Positions 28,828 to 39,596 of a DNA stretch of 64,000 nucleotides are shown here, one piece after another (position 1 is the first letter of the stretch; each line of letters opens with the position of its first letter). Below the pieces are notes generated by a model. It saw only the letters and a list, made by a program, of their open reading frames with translations, was not told the origin of the DNA and made no database searches. Origin of the DNA: Candidatus Poribacteria bacterium (GTDB lineage: Bacteria > Poribacteria > WGA-4E > WGA-3G); NCBI GenBank assembly GCA_965205015.1, contig OZ242029.1:1664001-1728000 (forward strand), given 5' to 3'. A program made the position numbers and the translations under genes.

Positions 28828-30609
28828 TTAAAGGCGTTCATATATAGTGCCAAGTCGAAGAGTCGCATGGTCAAGAATCTGATTCAATTCATTGGAACTC
28901 GCCCCATACCTCTCAGTTTCCCAGTAGTCCAAAAGTTCCGAACACTTTTTCTCCTTTTCCGCGGACGTTGAACCGTTAGAAATTCTAAGACGTCTTGAAA
29001 CAGATGTCCCGTTTTGTCCGAAGAGACGCTGGAGTTCTTGTTTCTTTTGATTCGTTATTTCAGAATCCCCAAGCGTGTTCAAAAGATTGAGGCATCTGAT
29101 GTCTTCCTCAAAGAGGTGCGCGTTTTCTTCAATTTTGGCTTTCGTCTGGTGAAGGCTTTCCAACAATTGGTGAATTTGTGCTATTCGCTCTTCTATACTC
29201 GGTATCAAGTCGTTGAGATAGTTTTCGGATGTCTCGTATACATCATAAATCGTGGGCCATGCTGATTCCTTGAGATACGTTTCTAAGGTTTCAAGGTCTT
29301 TAACAATTTGAGGCGTGGCAGCGAATACCTCTTTCCAAGTATGACTGGAATCTTCTACCCGTTGTTTTTCTTGCTTCCAATCCGCCTTGAGTTCCGCTTG
29401 AGCGTGGCGAAACGCTTCGACAGCTACTGGGAAATCCCTGATCCCTTCTCGTGTTTTCGCCAGAACTTTCCGAAAGTTTTCTACAAGTTCCTGGCGTTTT
29501 TGCAAATCACTCTCAAGAGATTCCCGCAACTCCCTAAGCGTGTGTAGATGCGATACAATCGTTTGTAAGATTTTCCTGCTTTCACTCGCAGTGATTCCGG
29601 TTTCGGATTTCAAACTATCCCTTATTTCGGGTTTCAAACTATCCCTAAATTTTTCACCGCCCTGTTTGTGTGCTTCTTCCGCTTCGACACTGTCTTTTAG
29701 GATTTCCACTGCTTTTTCATACACATTTGATACAATTCTGTAGACAGTTAAGACTTTGAGCAGATGAGGGTCAGGGAGATAGGATAATTGTTTTTGCAAA
29801 GCTTCGGTTTCATGCGTGAGAAGTAAAGGAGGTGCCTCGCTTCCGAATTCTTCACGGAGCAATTCACACTTTCTTTCGGCGTTTCCATCTGAGGATTGGA
29901 CGACAATGATGCTGGCTTCGGGGAGAATGCCAAGTGTCTGTTTGTATTCACCAAATTTTGCGCGAATGCTGCGAACAGTTGCCGGATGCACGTCAGAAAT
30001 CACATAAATAAGTACGTGTGGAATAACCCCGTGCTGCGTTGTTGCTGCGTGTTCGCCGTGAAGGAATTGCTGGATTTCTGCGTCAAGGTGTTGCTGCGTG
30101 CTGCCTATGCCGGGGGTATCAATGAGAGCAATATTGTGGCTTCTGAGAAATTCTGAGTTCACAAAAAAGTCTATCAAAGCGGTTTCCGAGACGTTCTTGC
30201 CGCCTGCAATCCAGTCTTTAAGGGTCTCGTTAACATCCTCAAGTGCCAGATCCTCATGCTCCCTCTTGCGCCAATGGACCCGAAACTTATCGGATTGTTT
30301 TTCACTGCCGTATTGGAAGCGATTGATTGTTTCTGTGGTTACAGTATACCCTATAGGCGCACACGTCTCACCGACCATTTCATTTAAGAGGGTTGATTTT
30401 CCTGCTCCTTGTGGGCCCAGGAGAACACCAACGATGGGTTCCTTAGACATTTGCGCACTGAATACAGAAGCCAATCGCGCCTTCAGTTTCCTTGCAAATT
30501 CGGCAGTTTTAGGGTAGGAAAGCAGAAGTTCACAAACATCTTCTGCAAACTCGCGGACGAGTTTTTCGAGGTCTCCGGCGGAAATAGCGTAAGGATTTGG
30601 TGTCGTCAT
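28828..30609 (-). CDS. dynamin-like GTPase, IniC-like
   Basis: GPQGAGKSTLLN, DTPGIGS. C-terminal RLFGQNGTSVSRRL resembles my recollection of the IniC tail. Confidence 0.75.
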   Translation of the reverse strand: MTTPNPYAISAGDLEKLVREFAEDVCELLLSYPKTAEFARKLKARLASVFSAQMSKEPIVGVLLGPQGAGKSTLLNEMVGETCAPIGYTVTTETINRFQYGSEKQSDKFRVHWRKREHEDLALEDVNETLKDWIAGGKNVSETALIDFFVNSEFLRSHNIALIDTPGIGSTQQHLDAEIQQFLHGEHAATTQHGVIPHVLIYVISDVHPATVRSIRAKFGEYKQTLGILPEASIIVVQSSDGNAERKCELLREEFGSEAPPLLLTHETEALQKQLSYLPDPHLLKVLTVYRIVSNVYEKAVEILKDSVEAEEAHKQGGEKFRDSLKPEIRDSLKSETGITASESRKILQTIVSHLHTLRELRESLESDLQKRQELVENFRKVLAKTREGIRDFPVAVEAFRHAQAELKADWKQEKQRVEDSSHTWKEVFAATPQIVKDLETLETYLKESAWPTIYDVYETSENYLNDLIPSIEERIAQIHQLLESLHQTKAKIEENAHLFEEDIRCLNLLNTLGDSEITNQKKQELQRLFGQNGTSVSRRLRISNGSTSAEKEKKCSELLDYWETERYGASSNELNQILDHATLRLGTIYERL

Positions 30610-32759
30610 TGAAGGGATGTCTCCAACTCTTTTAAAGTCTCGTCAATGTTTTCCAATAATGTCTCTGCTCCAAGTTTTTGACTCTGGTGCTTTTGGCTTT
30701 CGGAACCCAAACTCCTGATTTTTTCCTCGGCTTCTTTCTCAAAACTTTCAAACTCGTTTCCCATTTCTGTTCTGTAAGTTCTAATCAGTTTCTCAAGTTC
30801 GCGATTCGTGTTGTCGTAGGCTAACGTTAGGATACCGTTCAAAATAGTTTCTATCTCAGCAGTTGTCTTTTCCCTTTGCATAATTTCTTCTTCGCGGACT
30901 TTGAAGACCGTTGAGATCGACCAAAGTGCACCCGCGGCAAGTGCCATCAAACCTGATGGCTCAACCAATGCTGCTGCACCCACACCCTTAAAAACTTTCT
31001 CAAAAGTACCTGAGGCTATCATCAGCGGGTACATGAGACTCTGCGGGGTTTGGCTCCGCCTCCACACACTATCGGGTAACTGACGAAGATTGTCTACATA
31101 GCGAATTGATAATTTAACCGCAGGGGATTCAACTGAACCTTCCCAGTGGCGCTGCATCTGCTCAGCTATATCGCGGCACAATTTATCCATGGATTCAATG
31201 TAAGAAAGAAAGATAGGCTCAATTTTCTTGAGGCACACGTCAACATAAAGCCGCTGAATCTCCTCTACCTCTGTTATCAGCCGTTTAGCCTTCATGTCCC
31301 TGAATTGATCCATGACTTCTGTGGTTATGGGTCTGTAGCCATACGCACCAAACGTCTCACTCATTCGGGTTTGTGTGTCTGAAGAAATATCTGCAGCTTT
31401 CTGGTCAAAAGTCGCTTTGAGGGGTTTATAGGTCTCGTTAAACCAGTTTTCAAATTTTGAGAGTTCCTCATTATTGAGACCAACGTGTAGTAGGAAGGTT
31501 TCAACCTCAAATTTGAGTTCCTGTAGAAAATCACGCGATCGGCTGTTGATTTCTTTATCGGTTTCACCCAACTTTTCTTCAAGAAATTCGAGCAGTTGAG
31601 AAAAGTTGCTGGCTTCCAGCGCCTTCTTTTTCTCATTTGGGTCCTGCGTTTGATCGGCCTTCCTTTTTTCTGTCGTACTGACTGAAAAATACTTGATATC
31701 TCCCGGCGGCAGGTCAAGCACTTCCGAAATGATTTGCACGTTGCTGCGCCGCTGTTCCTTCCATGCTCTCGTTTCTATGTATGTGTCGATTTTCGTTTGG
31801 ACGAAATAAATGGCATCTGTAATTGCGCGAAGTCGTTTTAAGGCTTCTTTTTCTGCCTGTGTTATTAGGCCGTTAAGGACAAAAAGAAAGGCGTTCCCAC
31901 TTAACAAGTAAGGCAACCTATCTTCGTCGTCGATCAAATCATCGAGATGTGGGGTGTCCATAATTGCAGTCCAGGTATGATGATTTTTCAAAAAGTCGTT
32001 GTGGTCGAGACCGATCAGGATAGATTTAACATCGTCTCGGTTCGCATAGTTAGCGACGGCTTGCGCATCAATCTTTTTATCATCCTTTTTGCCTGTTTTG
32101 GAGATGGCGGTGAACTCCTGTTTTCTTTTACCAATGAAGTCAGTAGGGGTCGTGAGGTCAGTAGGTGTAGGCGGCTTAATATCAAGTTTGTCTATTGTTT
32201 CTGTTGTGCCATCAATCTTTTTAAAAATAATTGTTTCGTCATCCGGGGTGTCTCGTTCGATCTGACCAATTTTCCTGTCGTCAAACGTGACAAGAGTGGA
32301 AAGGGATTTAGGAAGTTCCCGTTCTCCGTTACCAGTCTTGAGCGTAACGGTCGTTGGGGTTTCCGCAATGATTTCGCCATTTATTTTCTCATTCGTAGGA
32401 TCGACTGTTAATTCAGCGTAACCGCGCGCCATCAGATTGGCGAGGTCTTCCACCGGTTCATCGGATGCTGCCCAATGGAGGATTCTGTAAACCGTTGTGG
32501 TGTATGGGGAAAGCAGTTTTGGTTCTTCGAGTATGCCGCAAATCAGCTGCGATTTGCCGACCCCCGGTTTTCCACTGGTAACAACGAGGTTGAATTGCTG
32601 GAAATCATAGTCGTCCTTAATTTCCTTAATGCGGTCGGCTGTTTCTGGCACTTCGCTCACGAGGTTTACAAATTTCTGTGCGTAATCGCTGATTATTACC
32701 CGAAAATTTTTCGGCGACTTTTCCTGTGGCTTCTCTTCTTGTGGATTTGAGTGTATCAT
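30606..32759 (-). CDS. dynamin-like GTPase, IniA-like, with a C-terminal hydrophobic segment
   Basis: GKPGVGKS, DTPH, QTKID, FSVS. Hydrophobic GVGAAALV...ALAAGALW. ATGA overlap with the next gene. Confidence 0.8.
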   Translation of the reverse strand: MIHSNPQEEKPQEKSPKNFRVIISDYAQKFVNLVSEVPETADRIKEIKDDYDFQQFNLVVTSGKPGVGKSQLICGILEEPKLLSPYTTTVYRILHWAASDEPVEDLANLMARGYAELTVDPTNEKINGEIIAETPTTVTLKTGNGERELPKSLSTLVTFDDRKIGQIERDTPDDETIIFKKIDGTTETIDKLDIKPPTPTDLTTPTDFIGKRKQEFTAISKTGKKDDKKIDAQAVANYANRDDVKSILIGLDHNDFLKNHHTWTAIMDTPHLDDLIDDEDRLPYLLSGNAFLFVLNGLITQAEKEALKRLRAITDAIYFVQTKIDTYIETRAWKEQRRSNVQIISEVLDLPPGDIKYFSVSTTEKRKADQTQDPNEKKKALEASNFSQLLEFLEEKLGETDKEINSRSRDFLQELKFEVETFLLHVGLNNEELSKFENWFNETYKPLKATFDQKAADISSDTQTRMSETFGAYGYRPITTEVMDQFRDMKAKRLITEVEEIQRLYVDVCLKKIEPIFLSYIESMDKLCRDIAEQMQRHWEGSVESPAVKLSIRYVDNLRQLPDSVWRRSQTPQSLMYPLMIASGTFEKVFKGVGAAALVEPSGLMALAAGALWSISTVFKVREEEIMQREKTTAEIETILNGILTLAYDNTNRELEKLIRTYRTEMGNEFESFEKEAEEKIRSLGSESQKHQSQKLGAETLLENIDETLKELETSLQ

Positions 32760-32874
32760 AGCGTTTCCTGATGATCACAGAAGGGTTGGTGTGTCGTGGA
32801 TGTACTATAACATTCACGACACACAACCGCTATTGAAAAGTTTTAAGAATTTACGCTGTCAATAGATAGTAACT

Positions 32875-34059
32875 TTATCTGTTTCGGAAACGCTCGTTTC
32901 GCTCCTGTTCCGTCATCGTCGATGGCGACCTTTCGGATTCGTGCGACGGCGCGGCATGCCTTGTGACGACAGCAGAACGTCCGGAATCTTCCCAGGCATC
33001 CATAAATTGTGCCATCGGGATTTTTCGCTCGACTCCAGAATCATTGACGACGGCCATCACATTGTCGGGGGCACTCCGATCAACGCCGACAAATACCACA
33101 ACGTAATTCGCACCCCGTCCGGCATCGAAATCGTCATCATAATCTGTTATCAAAGGCACCAACTCATCTCTGTCTATTATAAGTATTGAAACACGTCCTT
33201 CTTGTCTGAGAACCTCCAGTTCATTTACCGTTAACTCCGACATGCGGTCGATCGGAATTTCGAATCTCTCTAAAATATTTCCCACCTGTACAGAAGTTAC
33301 CTCATACGGAGGAAGTACCCCAAACGATGATCCCTGAAACGAACCGTCGACAAGGGCACGAATGGTGAGCCCAGTTTCCGAGACATCTCTCCCATACTCA
33401 GCAAGCACCATCTTTTCTGTAGCTACGATGGGGTCTTCTGACATTTGGCATTTGACGTCATTAAAAGTCCCAGATTCGATGGCTTGGTCAATGCGATTCA
33501 AAAATATGGAGTGCACTTCTGGCGAGAGCGGAATGTTCTGAAGAACCCCAGCTTCTACAATATTCAGTTTTTTATCTGCAACTATCTCATGAAGCACCTT
33601 GACTGCTGTATCAAGGTCAACATTGCGATTAATCTCGCTATCCCTATTTGGGTAGGTGGGCCCCGATTTATCCGAGGTCATCTCCCCAGCCCCATTTCGG
33701 CCAAAGATTTTCTCGCGGACTTCGTCCCCAGTAACCTGCCCATCGTTATTGAGGTCGAAAAGTACCCGGGAGACTTCGTTGAGAGTAACCACTCCATTTT
33801 CGTCTAAGTCGTATTCCTTGTATTTCTGTGTAAGATAGGCAATGCCCTCAATGACGGCTCTGATAATGTTATCGATTGCTATCGATGACCACCTAACATT
33901 CGCCAACGGAGCCGTATGCCCGGAGCCAGTCGAAGTGTGCCCGTTTTCCATTGCGCCGCTACCCATGTGTTGATTCTGTGTGATGGCTATCTGATCTTCC
34001 TTCTCACGTGAGTCTTCATTCTCAGAGTCTTCGGCATTTTCTAATATTTCTTCTAACAT
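32875..34059 (-). CDS. EF-hand plus C39/papain-like domain protein, probably catalytically inactive
   Basis: DLDENGVVTLNE and DLNNDGQVTGDE. Paralogue of 34355 lacking the Cys and His. Start MLEEIL after GGAG. Confidence 0.7.
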   Translation of the reverse strand: MLEEILENAEDSENEDSREKEDQIAITQNQHMGSGAMENGHTSTGSGHTAPLANVRWSSIAIDNIIRAVIEGIAYLTQKYKEYDLDENGVVTLNEVSRVLFDLNNDGQVTGDEVREKIFGRNGAGEMTSDKSGPTYPNRDSEINRNVDLDTAVKVLHEIVADKKLNIVEAGVLQNIPLSPEVHSIFLNRIDQAIESGTFNDVKCQMSEDPIVATEKMVLAEYGRDVSETGLTIRALVDGSFQGSSFGVLPPYEVTSVQVGNILERFEIPIDRMSELTVNELEVLRQEGRVSILIIDRDELVPLITDYDDDFDAGRGANYVVVFVGVDRSAPDNVMAVVNDSGVERKIPMAQFMDAWEDSGRSAVVTRHAAPSHESERSPSTMTEQERNERFRNR

Positions 34060-34354
34060 TTTTTGGGTCTCCAGATTTGTAACGATAGAAGTTAGGGGGG
34101 CTGTTCCCAGTCCTACTGGTGCTAAACTTGTATTGCACAGCATCCATTGGAAACACAGCAACAAATTTCGGAAACATAAGCTGCATAAATAAAGTTGTGG
34201 AGCATCAGGATAATGGGTATGCTTTAATGAAACCACCCATATAAGGCATACCCGATGTATTATCCTGACAGAAAAGCGTATATCACATTTCTGTTTTCTT
34301 TGCTTGATGGGTTTGCAAAAAAACAAACGCCTATCAGCAGAGGGAGACCGAACT

Positions 34355-35626
34355 TTACCTGTTTCGGAAACGCTCGTTTCGCTCCTGTTCCGTCATCGTC
34401 GATGGCGACATTTCGCATTGGAGCGGCGGAACAGGTTCTGTTGTCACGACAGCATAATTCCCAGCGTCTGCCCAGGCATCCATAAACCGATCGAGCGGAA
34501 TAGCACTTTCTTTTCCGTCCTTAGTGCCGGAATCATTAACGATGACCATGGGGTTATCGGGATCGCTGCGATCGACTCGGATAAATACAACTACGTGATT
34601 GTCACCCCGTCCCTTATCTTCATTGTCATCATATACCCATTTTTCATCTTTCCGCCAGATCTCATCTGCGTCTAACCCAATTATGGGGACACGTCCTTCT
34701 TTTCTGAGATTCTCAAGTTGTTCTATTGTCGCATATGGTAGCTCGACAGTCGGAATACCAAATCGCTCTAAAATTTTTCCGACAAAGAGCGGATTCATCC
34801 CTTCCTGTGGACCTTCGAGCGTTCCGTCTATAAGCGCACGGATGGTGAGAGCAGCTTCCGAGACATATATTCCATACTCAGCAAGCACCATTTTTTGCAC
34901 AACGACGACACAGTTCTCCAACATTTGGTTTTTATAAATCTGGCATTTGACATCATCAAAGACACCAGATTTGATGTCTTGGTCAATTTGAGCCAAAACG
35001 ACTACTCTCGCTGATGGCGAGAGATAAATGGACTGAAGAACAAAAGCCTCTGCAATATCCAGTTCTTTATCTGCAGCGAGGTCATGAATGACCTTGACGA
35101 CTGTATCAACATCAGGATTGAGGTCTCTTACTGATGTTAACGTGTCTTTGAACGCTTTTAAATGCGCCTTAAACAACGCATCCGCCTTGGTCTTAAATGC
35201 CTGATTGTATTCGTCTTTAGTAACATGCCCATCCTCATTTAAATCTGCGACCTTTTTTCTTTCCTCTTCAGTAATCTCCCCATTCTTATTTAGGTCGAAA
35301 ATTGCTTGGCGGCGTTCCTCAGGAGTAGCCTCCCCATCCTTATTTAGGTCGAAAGCTGCCAACCAGATGTCGTTATTAGTAATACGCCCGTTCTTATCTC
35401 TGTCGTATTTCCGAATCTCACGAATTGCTTCTTTGATAACGTCCTCATCCGACATTCTGGCTTCACCGTTACCGGTAGACGAACGCGTATGCCCGGAGGC
35501 ATCCCGAGTTTGCACGCGTTGTGCCGCATGGTTATCCATGGGTGGATCCGATGGGGGTATCACGAGTTCATCACGGGGGTCTTCATGTTCACCTGGGTCT
35601 GTATGTTCAAAAGGGTCGAACGACAT
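34355..35626 (-). CDS. EF-hand repeats plus C39/papain-like cysteine peptidase
   Basis: Four DxNxxGxxTxxE-type loops. QMLENC, DNHVVVF, VNDSG, FMDAWAD. Confidence 0.8.
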   Translation of the reverse strand: MSFDPFEHTDPGEHEDPRDELVIPPSDPPMDNHAAQRVQTRDASGHTRSSTGNGEARMSDEDVIKEAIREIRKYDRDKNGRITNNDIWLAAFDLNKDGEATPEERRQAIFDLNKNGEITEEERKKVADLNEDGHVTKDEYNQAFKTKADALFKAHLKAFKDTLTSVRDLNPDVDTVVKVIHDLAADKELDIAEAFVLQSIYLSPSARVVVLAQIDQDIKSGVFDDVKCQIYKNQMLENCVVVVQKMVLAEYGIYVSEAALTIRALIDGTLEGPQEGMNPLFVGKILERFGIPTVELPYATIEQLENLRKEGRVPIIGLDADEIWRKDEKWVYDDNEDKGRGDNHVVVFIRVDRSDPDNPMVIVNDSGTKDGKESAIPLDRFMDAWADAGNYAVVTTEPVPPLQCEMSPSTMTEQERNERFRNR

Positions 35627-36559
35627 TTTTTTGCCTCCATATATTGTAATTATAGAAGTTACCGTTGGTTTGTCAAGTTCAAATAATAGAACACTCTATT
35701 TTAGCAATATTTTCATCAGGAAAATATGCATCCATTCAATATATTGTAATTGTTGTAGCAAGTTTCATGCCAATTATCTATTTTAAGAAACATAGGTGGA
35801 CCCTACGTTTGGAAAATTTTCGGATGCGTTCCAAGTCGTTCCAAGTCGATTGCGAGTCTCGACTCTTATCATATTTATGACATTGACCGAGATGGCGACA
35901 CCAAACTTCGGCATCTTCAAAAATCTGCTGTTTCTATAATGTTACTAAATTTGTAATTTTAAGTCAAGTTAAGCAGTGGAAAAAATACAACTTGGCGGAG
36001 ACTCCAAGATGCTACCGAAGACCCCTAAATTGACACCTATGGTGCGGTTTCTCAACCCCACCTACCGGGCCGGGGCTCAAAACGCGTAAAAACGGAAAAC
36101 TAAACAGCCCTATATCGAATTCACATTCGTATAGATTGTCCACTACTTAATTAACCTTCCAAAAGCAAGGTACAATATTCCTATTATCATCACCGTACAC
36201 AAAATCCCGTAAAAGATTTCCATGATTTTTCTCCTGATATAGGGGGAAATCTCCCCGGTTGGTTCTGGTTAAGGATGTGCCCCCGGTCGCTGTGATGGGG
36301 CTAACGTGATTTAAAACCGCCATAGGATTCTTACCCTGTCATTATAGAGTCGGCGGTAAGTCGCCATTTTTTTCAAGACACTTTTTCGTAAAGTAGTATT
36401 TGCCCCACCAGACTGCTATGATGAGAACAACGCAGATAACGAGTTGCATCGCTGATGCCTCCTTTCCTTTCGGTGAGTTAACGACTGTTAGATGCTTGTG
36501 AGCCAACTACCTGTCGATTCTGCCCCTGCCAAAGAGATGAGTGCCGCAAAGGAATATCC

Positions 36560-37033
36560 TCATTTTGTCCTACCTTCTAAAATGCGCATATGATGTGCAT
36601 CTAAAACACGATGATCGATGTCACCGCAAACGTAGGTGTCGTCTTCAAATTCAATGAGAAGCCGCACAAACGGTACAGCGAGGCTATAGAAAACACATCC
36701 AGCGATGGCGATCCCTTTAAAAATCCACTCCCACGGTAGTGTTACTGAGACCGGAAACATCAGAATTATCAACGAAAAAGCCAGGGACATTGGCAACCGT
36801 GAAAAGTCAACCGCTACAGGTAATGTCCATGTGCGAAGTGCCTCTTTCAAACACTTGGATCTATCGCACAACATCACGTTCCGAATTGCCGGGGCGGTTT
36901 GGATTTGCTCTTCCGACTTAACCGGCAAGTCAAACCGAATCGTCTCATCTTCAATATGAAGGTGCCCGACCCCCTTACGGAATTGGTTGCTGTCGCCGTG
37001 TCGGACGTGGAATTTGAATGTATTGTAAGCCAT
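36560..37033 (-). CDS. membrane-hairpin family protein
   Basis: GGAGG before MAYNTF. FHVRHG, two hydrophobic segments, VRLLIEFEDDTYVCG. Confidence 0.65.
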   Translation of the reverse strand: MAYNTFKFHVRHGDSNQFRKGVGHLHIEDETIRFDLPVKSEEQIQTAPAIRNVMLCDRSKCLKEALRTWTLPVAVDFSRLPMSLAFSLIILMFPVSVTLPWEWIFKGIAIAGCVFYSLAVPFVRLLIEFEDDTYVCGDIDHRVLDAHHMRILEGRTK

Positions 37034-37112
37034 TATTTCCTCCGCCTTGCGGGTTGTGTGAAGTGGAGGCGACATCGGGTCCCTCCACTTCAGCAGTATC
37101 AATAATAACCCC

Positions 37113-37838
37113 TTATGCTTCATCGGTGAGGAGTTCCGAAGTTTGTTCCTGCTCGGAGCTCACGGATTCAGACTGCCAGAAGGGTTGATGCATACAAGCA
37201 TCCAATAAAATAAAAGCGATTTCCGGTAGATCCGCGATGATAAAGGGCTGTTTTTGTTCTTCAGCCGCGTCGTCAGACTCGATGGGTTTGAATTCCATGA
37301 GGCATCGAACACGTTGCTGTAGTGACGATGCCGCAAGCCCGATGATCGCCGAAATTTCCGCCCATACCGGAATTAAATCGCTGATCACTGAAAACACGCT
37401 AAACGATACTGTGCTAATCGCACCACTGGTTGAGACTGAGACTGCCTTTTCGCAGCGTCTCAGGGTTTCAATATCGTCCAGTATAAAAGTCATCATGACC
37501 TCTTCGTCATGGAGCACCTCGCCGCTACGACAGCCGATAATAACATTTGGGGTGCCATCACAGGTGGTATCAAATACAATCGCACCGTCTGCCTCGCCAA
37601 CCCAACGAGAAAACAAGCGGTCAGGATAAGCGTCCCTATGGTCGTGTGCCTTATCAAAATAGCCACGATGAATCCGAATCGGTAGTGAGATGGGCTTTTC
37701 TTCGGATTGGATTTTTCGACGTAGCACGATCCATGTCCTTTTGAACACTTCGCTCGGGAGCAGGGAACCGTGGCTGACTCGGATCGGGTGCCCCTCAAAC
37801 TTAGAGGGGACAAACTTAGAGGGGACAAACTGTGTCAT
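37113..37838 (-). CDS. membrane-hairpin family protein
   Basis: IRIHRG, ILDDIETLR, hydrophobic hairpin, RVRCLMEF. 15-bp tandem repeat (FVPSK twice) at the start. Confidence 0.65.
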   Translation of the reverse strand: MTQFVPSKFVPSKFEGHPIRVSHGSLLPSEVFKRTWIVLRRKIQSEEKPISLPIRIHRGYFDKAHDHRDAYPDRLFSRWVGEADGAIVFDTTCDGTPNVIIGCRSGEVLHDEEVMMTFILDDIETLRRCEKAVSVSTSGAISTVSFSVFSVISDLIPVWAEISAIIGLAASSLQQRVRCLMEFKPIESDDAAEEQKQPFIIADLPEIAFILLDACMHQPFWQSESVSSEQEQTSELLTDEA

Positions 37839-38054
37839 TTATTTTTTCCTCCTATTCCAGCTGTTGTAATGCTGGCGTTTGGTCATACGGTAAGTCTGCC
37901 GTTGATTGGTTAATGCTGGATCGCGATGCTGGCGTTTGGTCATTTTGACTATCTCGCGAACGAGACTTCTATGGAGGGCGCGCCATATCTCGATCGAAGG
38001 AGCGGCAATAAACTTTGTCATCTTTTTCTCCTGTAATGCTGGCGTGTAGTTTGG

Positions 38055-38831
38055 TTAATGCTGAAGGCACACTGAGACATCAGCACTCGACACTACTTTG
38101 TGGGTAGCCTCGCGAACGAGACGCTTAAATATATCGTAGTCGCGCTTCGGGGCAGAGCCGGTGAGGTGGAGTCCAGCGGTTTCTGCTTCAAAATGGACGG
38201 ACCTTCCCAAAGTTAACAACTTCCTTACCCCGATGGCAGCAGCGGCACTAATAATGGCAGCAGGTATTGAGGGCACAAACGGTGTGAGGAGGGCAGTCCC
38301 GCCAACGAGTGTAATCAGACCTGCTATCCCTCTGACGATTTTCCGCCACCGCGGTAGTTTTTCAACAAGGAGGAATCCCCACTTGGAGCGTCCTTCGCTC
38401 TCCACGCCAATCACGTCATGCGGGTAAACTGTATGTTCATAGATCACTTCCCCATATTTTTGCTCCCTTTCGGTGTCCCTTCCAGCCAAGATATAGGCAT
38501 AGTCCTCGCCAGTGTTGAGTTTTCCAATATGGAGGTCCTCAATTTTACAACGAGGCTTTACAGAAGACACACCAGAGGAATTCTTCGGTCGGCTCCCGAG
38601 GTCCGAGATTGAGGTATTGAGCGGCTCCCCTAACGGGTTTACCAACCCCGAATCTGTTTGGGAATCGCCACTCTTATTGTTTGGCATCGGGACACCTTCT
38701 GCTGCCGTAGGTGTCTGGATTGACTGGGATACAGTCTCTTTCTTCTTGGGGTCTTTGAAGAGCCATTGACCTATTTTATACGCTACCGCCATTTCTACAA
38801 TGGGGAAGCCCCCAGTAAACAGGGCAATCAT
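38055..38831 (-). CDS. membrane-hairpin family protein
   Basis: AGGAG RBS, two hydrophobic helices, then SVHFEAETAGLHLTG. Confidence 0.7.
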   Translation of the reverse strand: MIALFTGGFPIVEMAVAYKIGQWLFKDPKKKETVSQSIQTPTAAEGVPMPNNKSGDSQTDSGLVNPLGEPLNTSISDLGSRPKNSSGVSSVKPRCKIEDLHIGKLNTGEDYAYILAGRDTEREQKYGEVIYEHTVYPHDVIGVESEGRSKWGFLLVEKLPRWRKIVRGIAGLITLVGGTALLTPFVPSIPAAIISAAAAIGVRKLLTLGRSVHFEAETAGLHLTGSAPKRDYDIFKRLVREATHKVVSSADVSVCLQH

Positions 38832-39596
38832 TAATTAGTCTCCTCTGTAACCAAGTTACTATTTATAGGATTTTGGATATGTGGACCCATTTTTCATTGA
38901 AAGCGGTCCATTATCCGCGGAGTTTCGTAGCGCAAACTTTATGAGGTTCAAATAAATATTTCGGTAATTCCATCCCGAAAAATCACTGTAGGGGGTTTTG
39001 CTTGAGTGTTTCCCCAGGTCTTGTACCTACCCACGCATTACTGATATCTAAAAGAGAGGCATGCCACTTCTTGTGACCATAGACTTGGCTGTTTCACGTG
39101 CCCTTTCCTTTTCGAGTTCTGTATCCAATTTCTCTGTCCCTTCGTCCTTCATAGACTTATACGAAATTAACACAACAATTGATGGGTTCGAGTTGAAACT
39201 TTTTTGTTTATCATCGCTACCAATATCAAACAACTTTTCGCATAGGTGGCAACTTGGGTTATACCATATAAAGAGTTGACAGATGTAACTTCGGACAAAA
39301 ATGCAAATTCGGTGTCCGATTGTAATAACACAACGTTCACCAGTAAACACACCCATCCCTTGTTAGGTGAGTTCTCTGAGGCTCGCCTTTTCTCATTGCC
39401 AAATTAGCAAGAAAGTGTCCTCACTTACCCCCATTTTTTATCGAAGCCTTGTGTTAGCAGATATTTGATTGAAAATGTAGGGGAAAGGCAGTGGAATTAT
39501 AGTAAAATACCTCCTTACGACCCAATATTTATCAGCAACTGATAAAACTGTAAGGAGGTATTTTATGAAAAACAGATATGCCCCACACCACTATAA

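Noticed and set aside
34060-34326. N-terminal extension of the 483-aa ORF
   Set aside because: Cys-rich, low-plausibility sequence. A better RBS and start lie at 34059
39048-39356. 102-aa minus-strand ORF
   Set aside because: No motifs, and it overlaps the promoter-like motif in an AT-rich intergenic region
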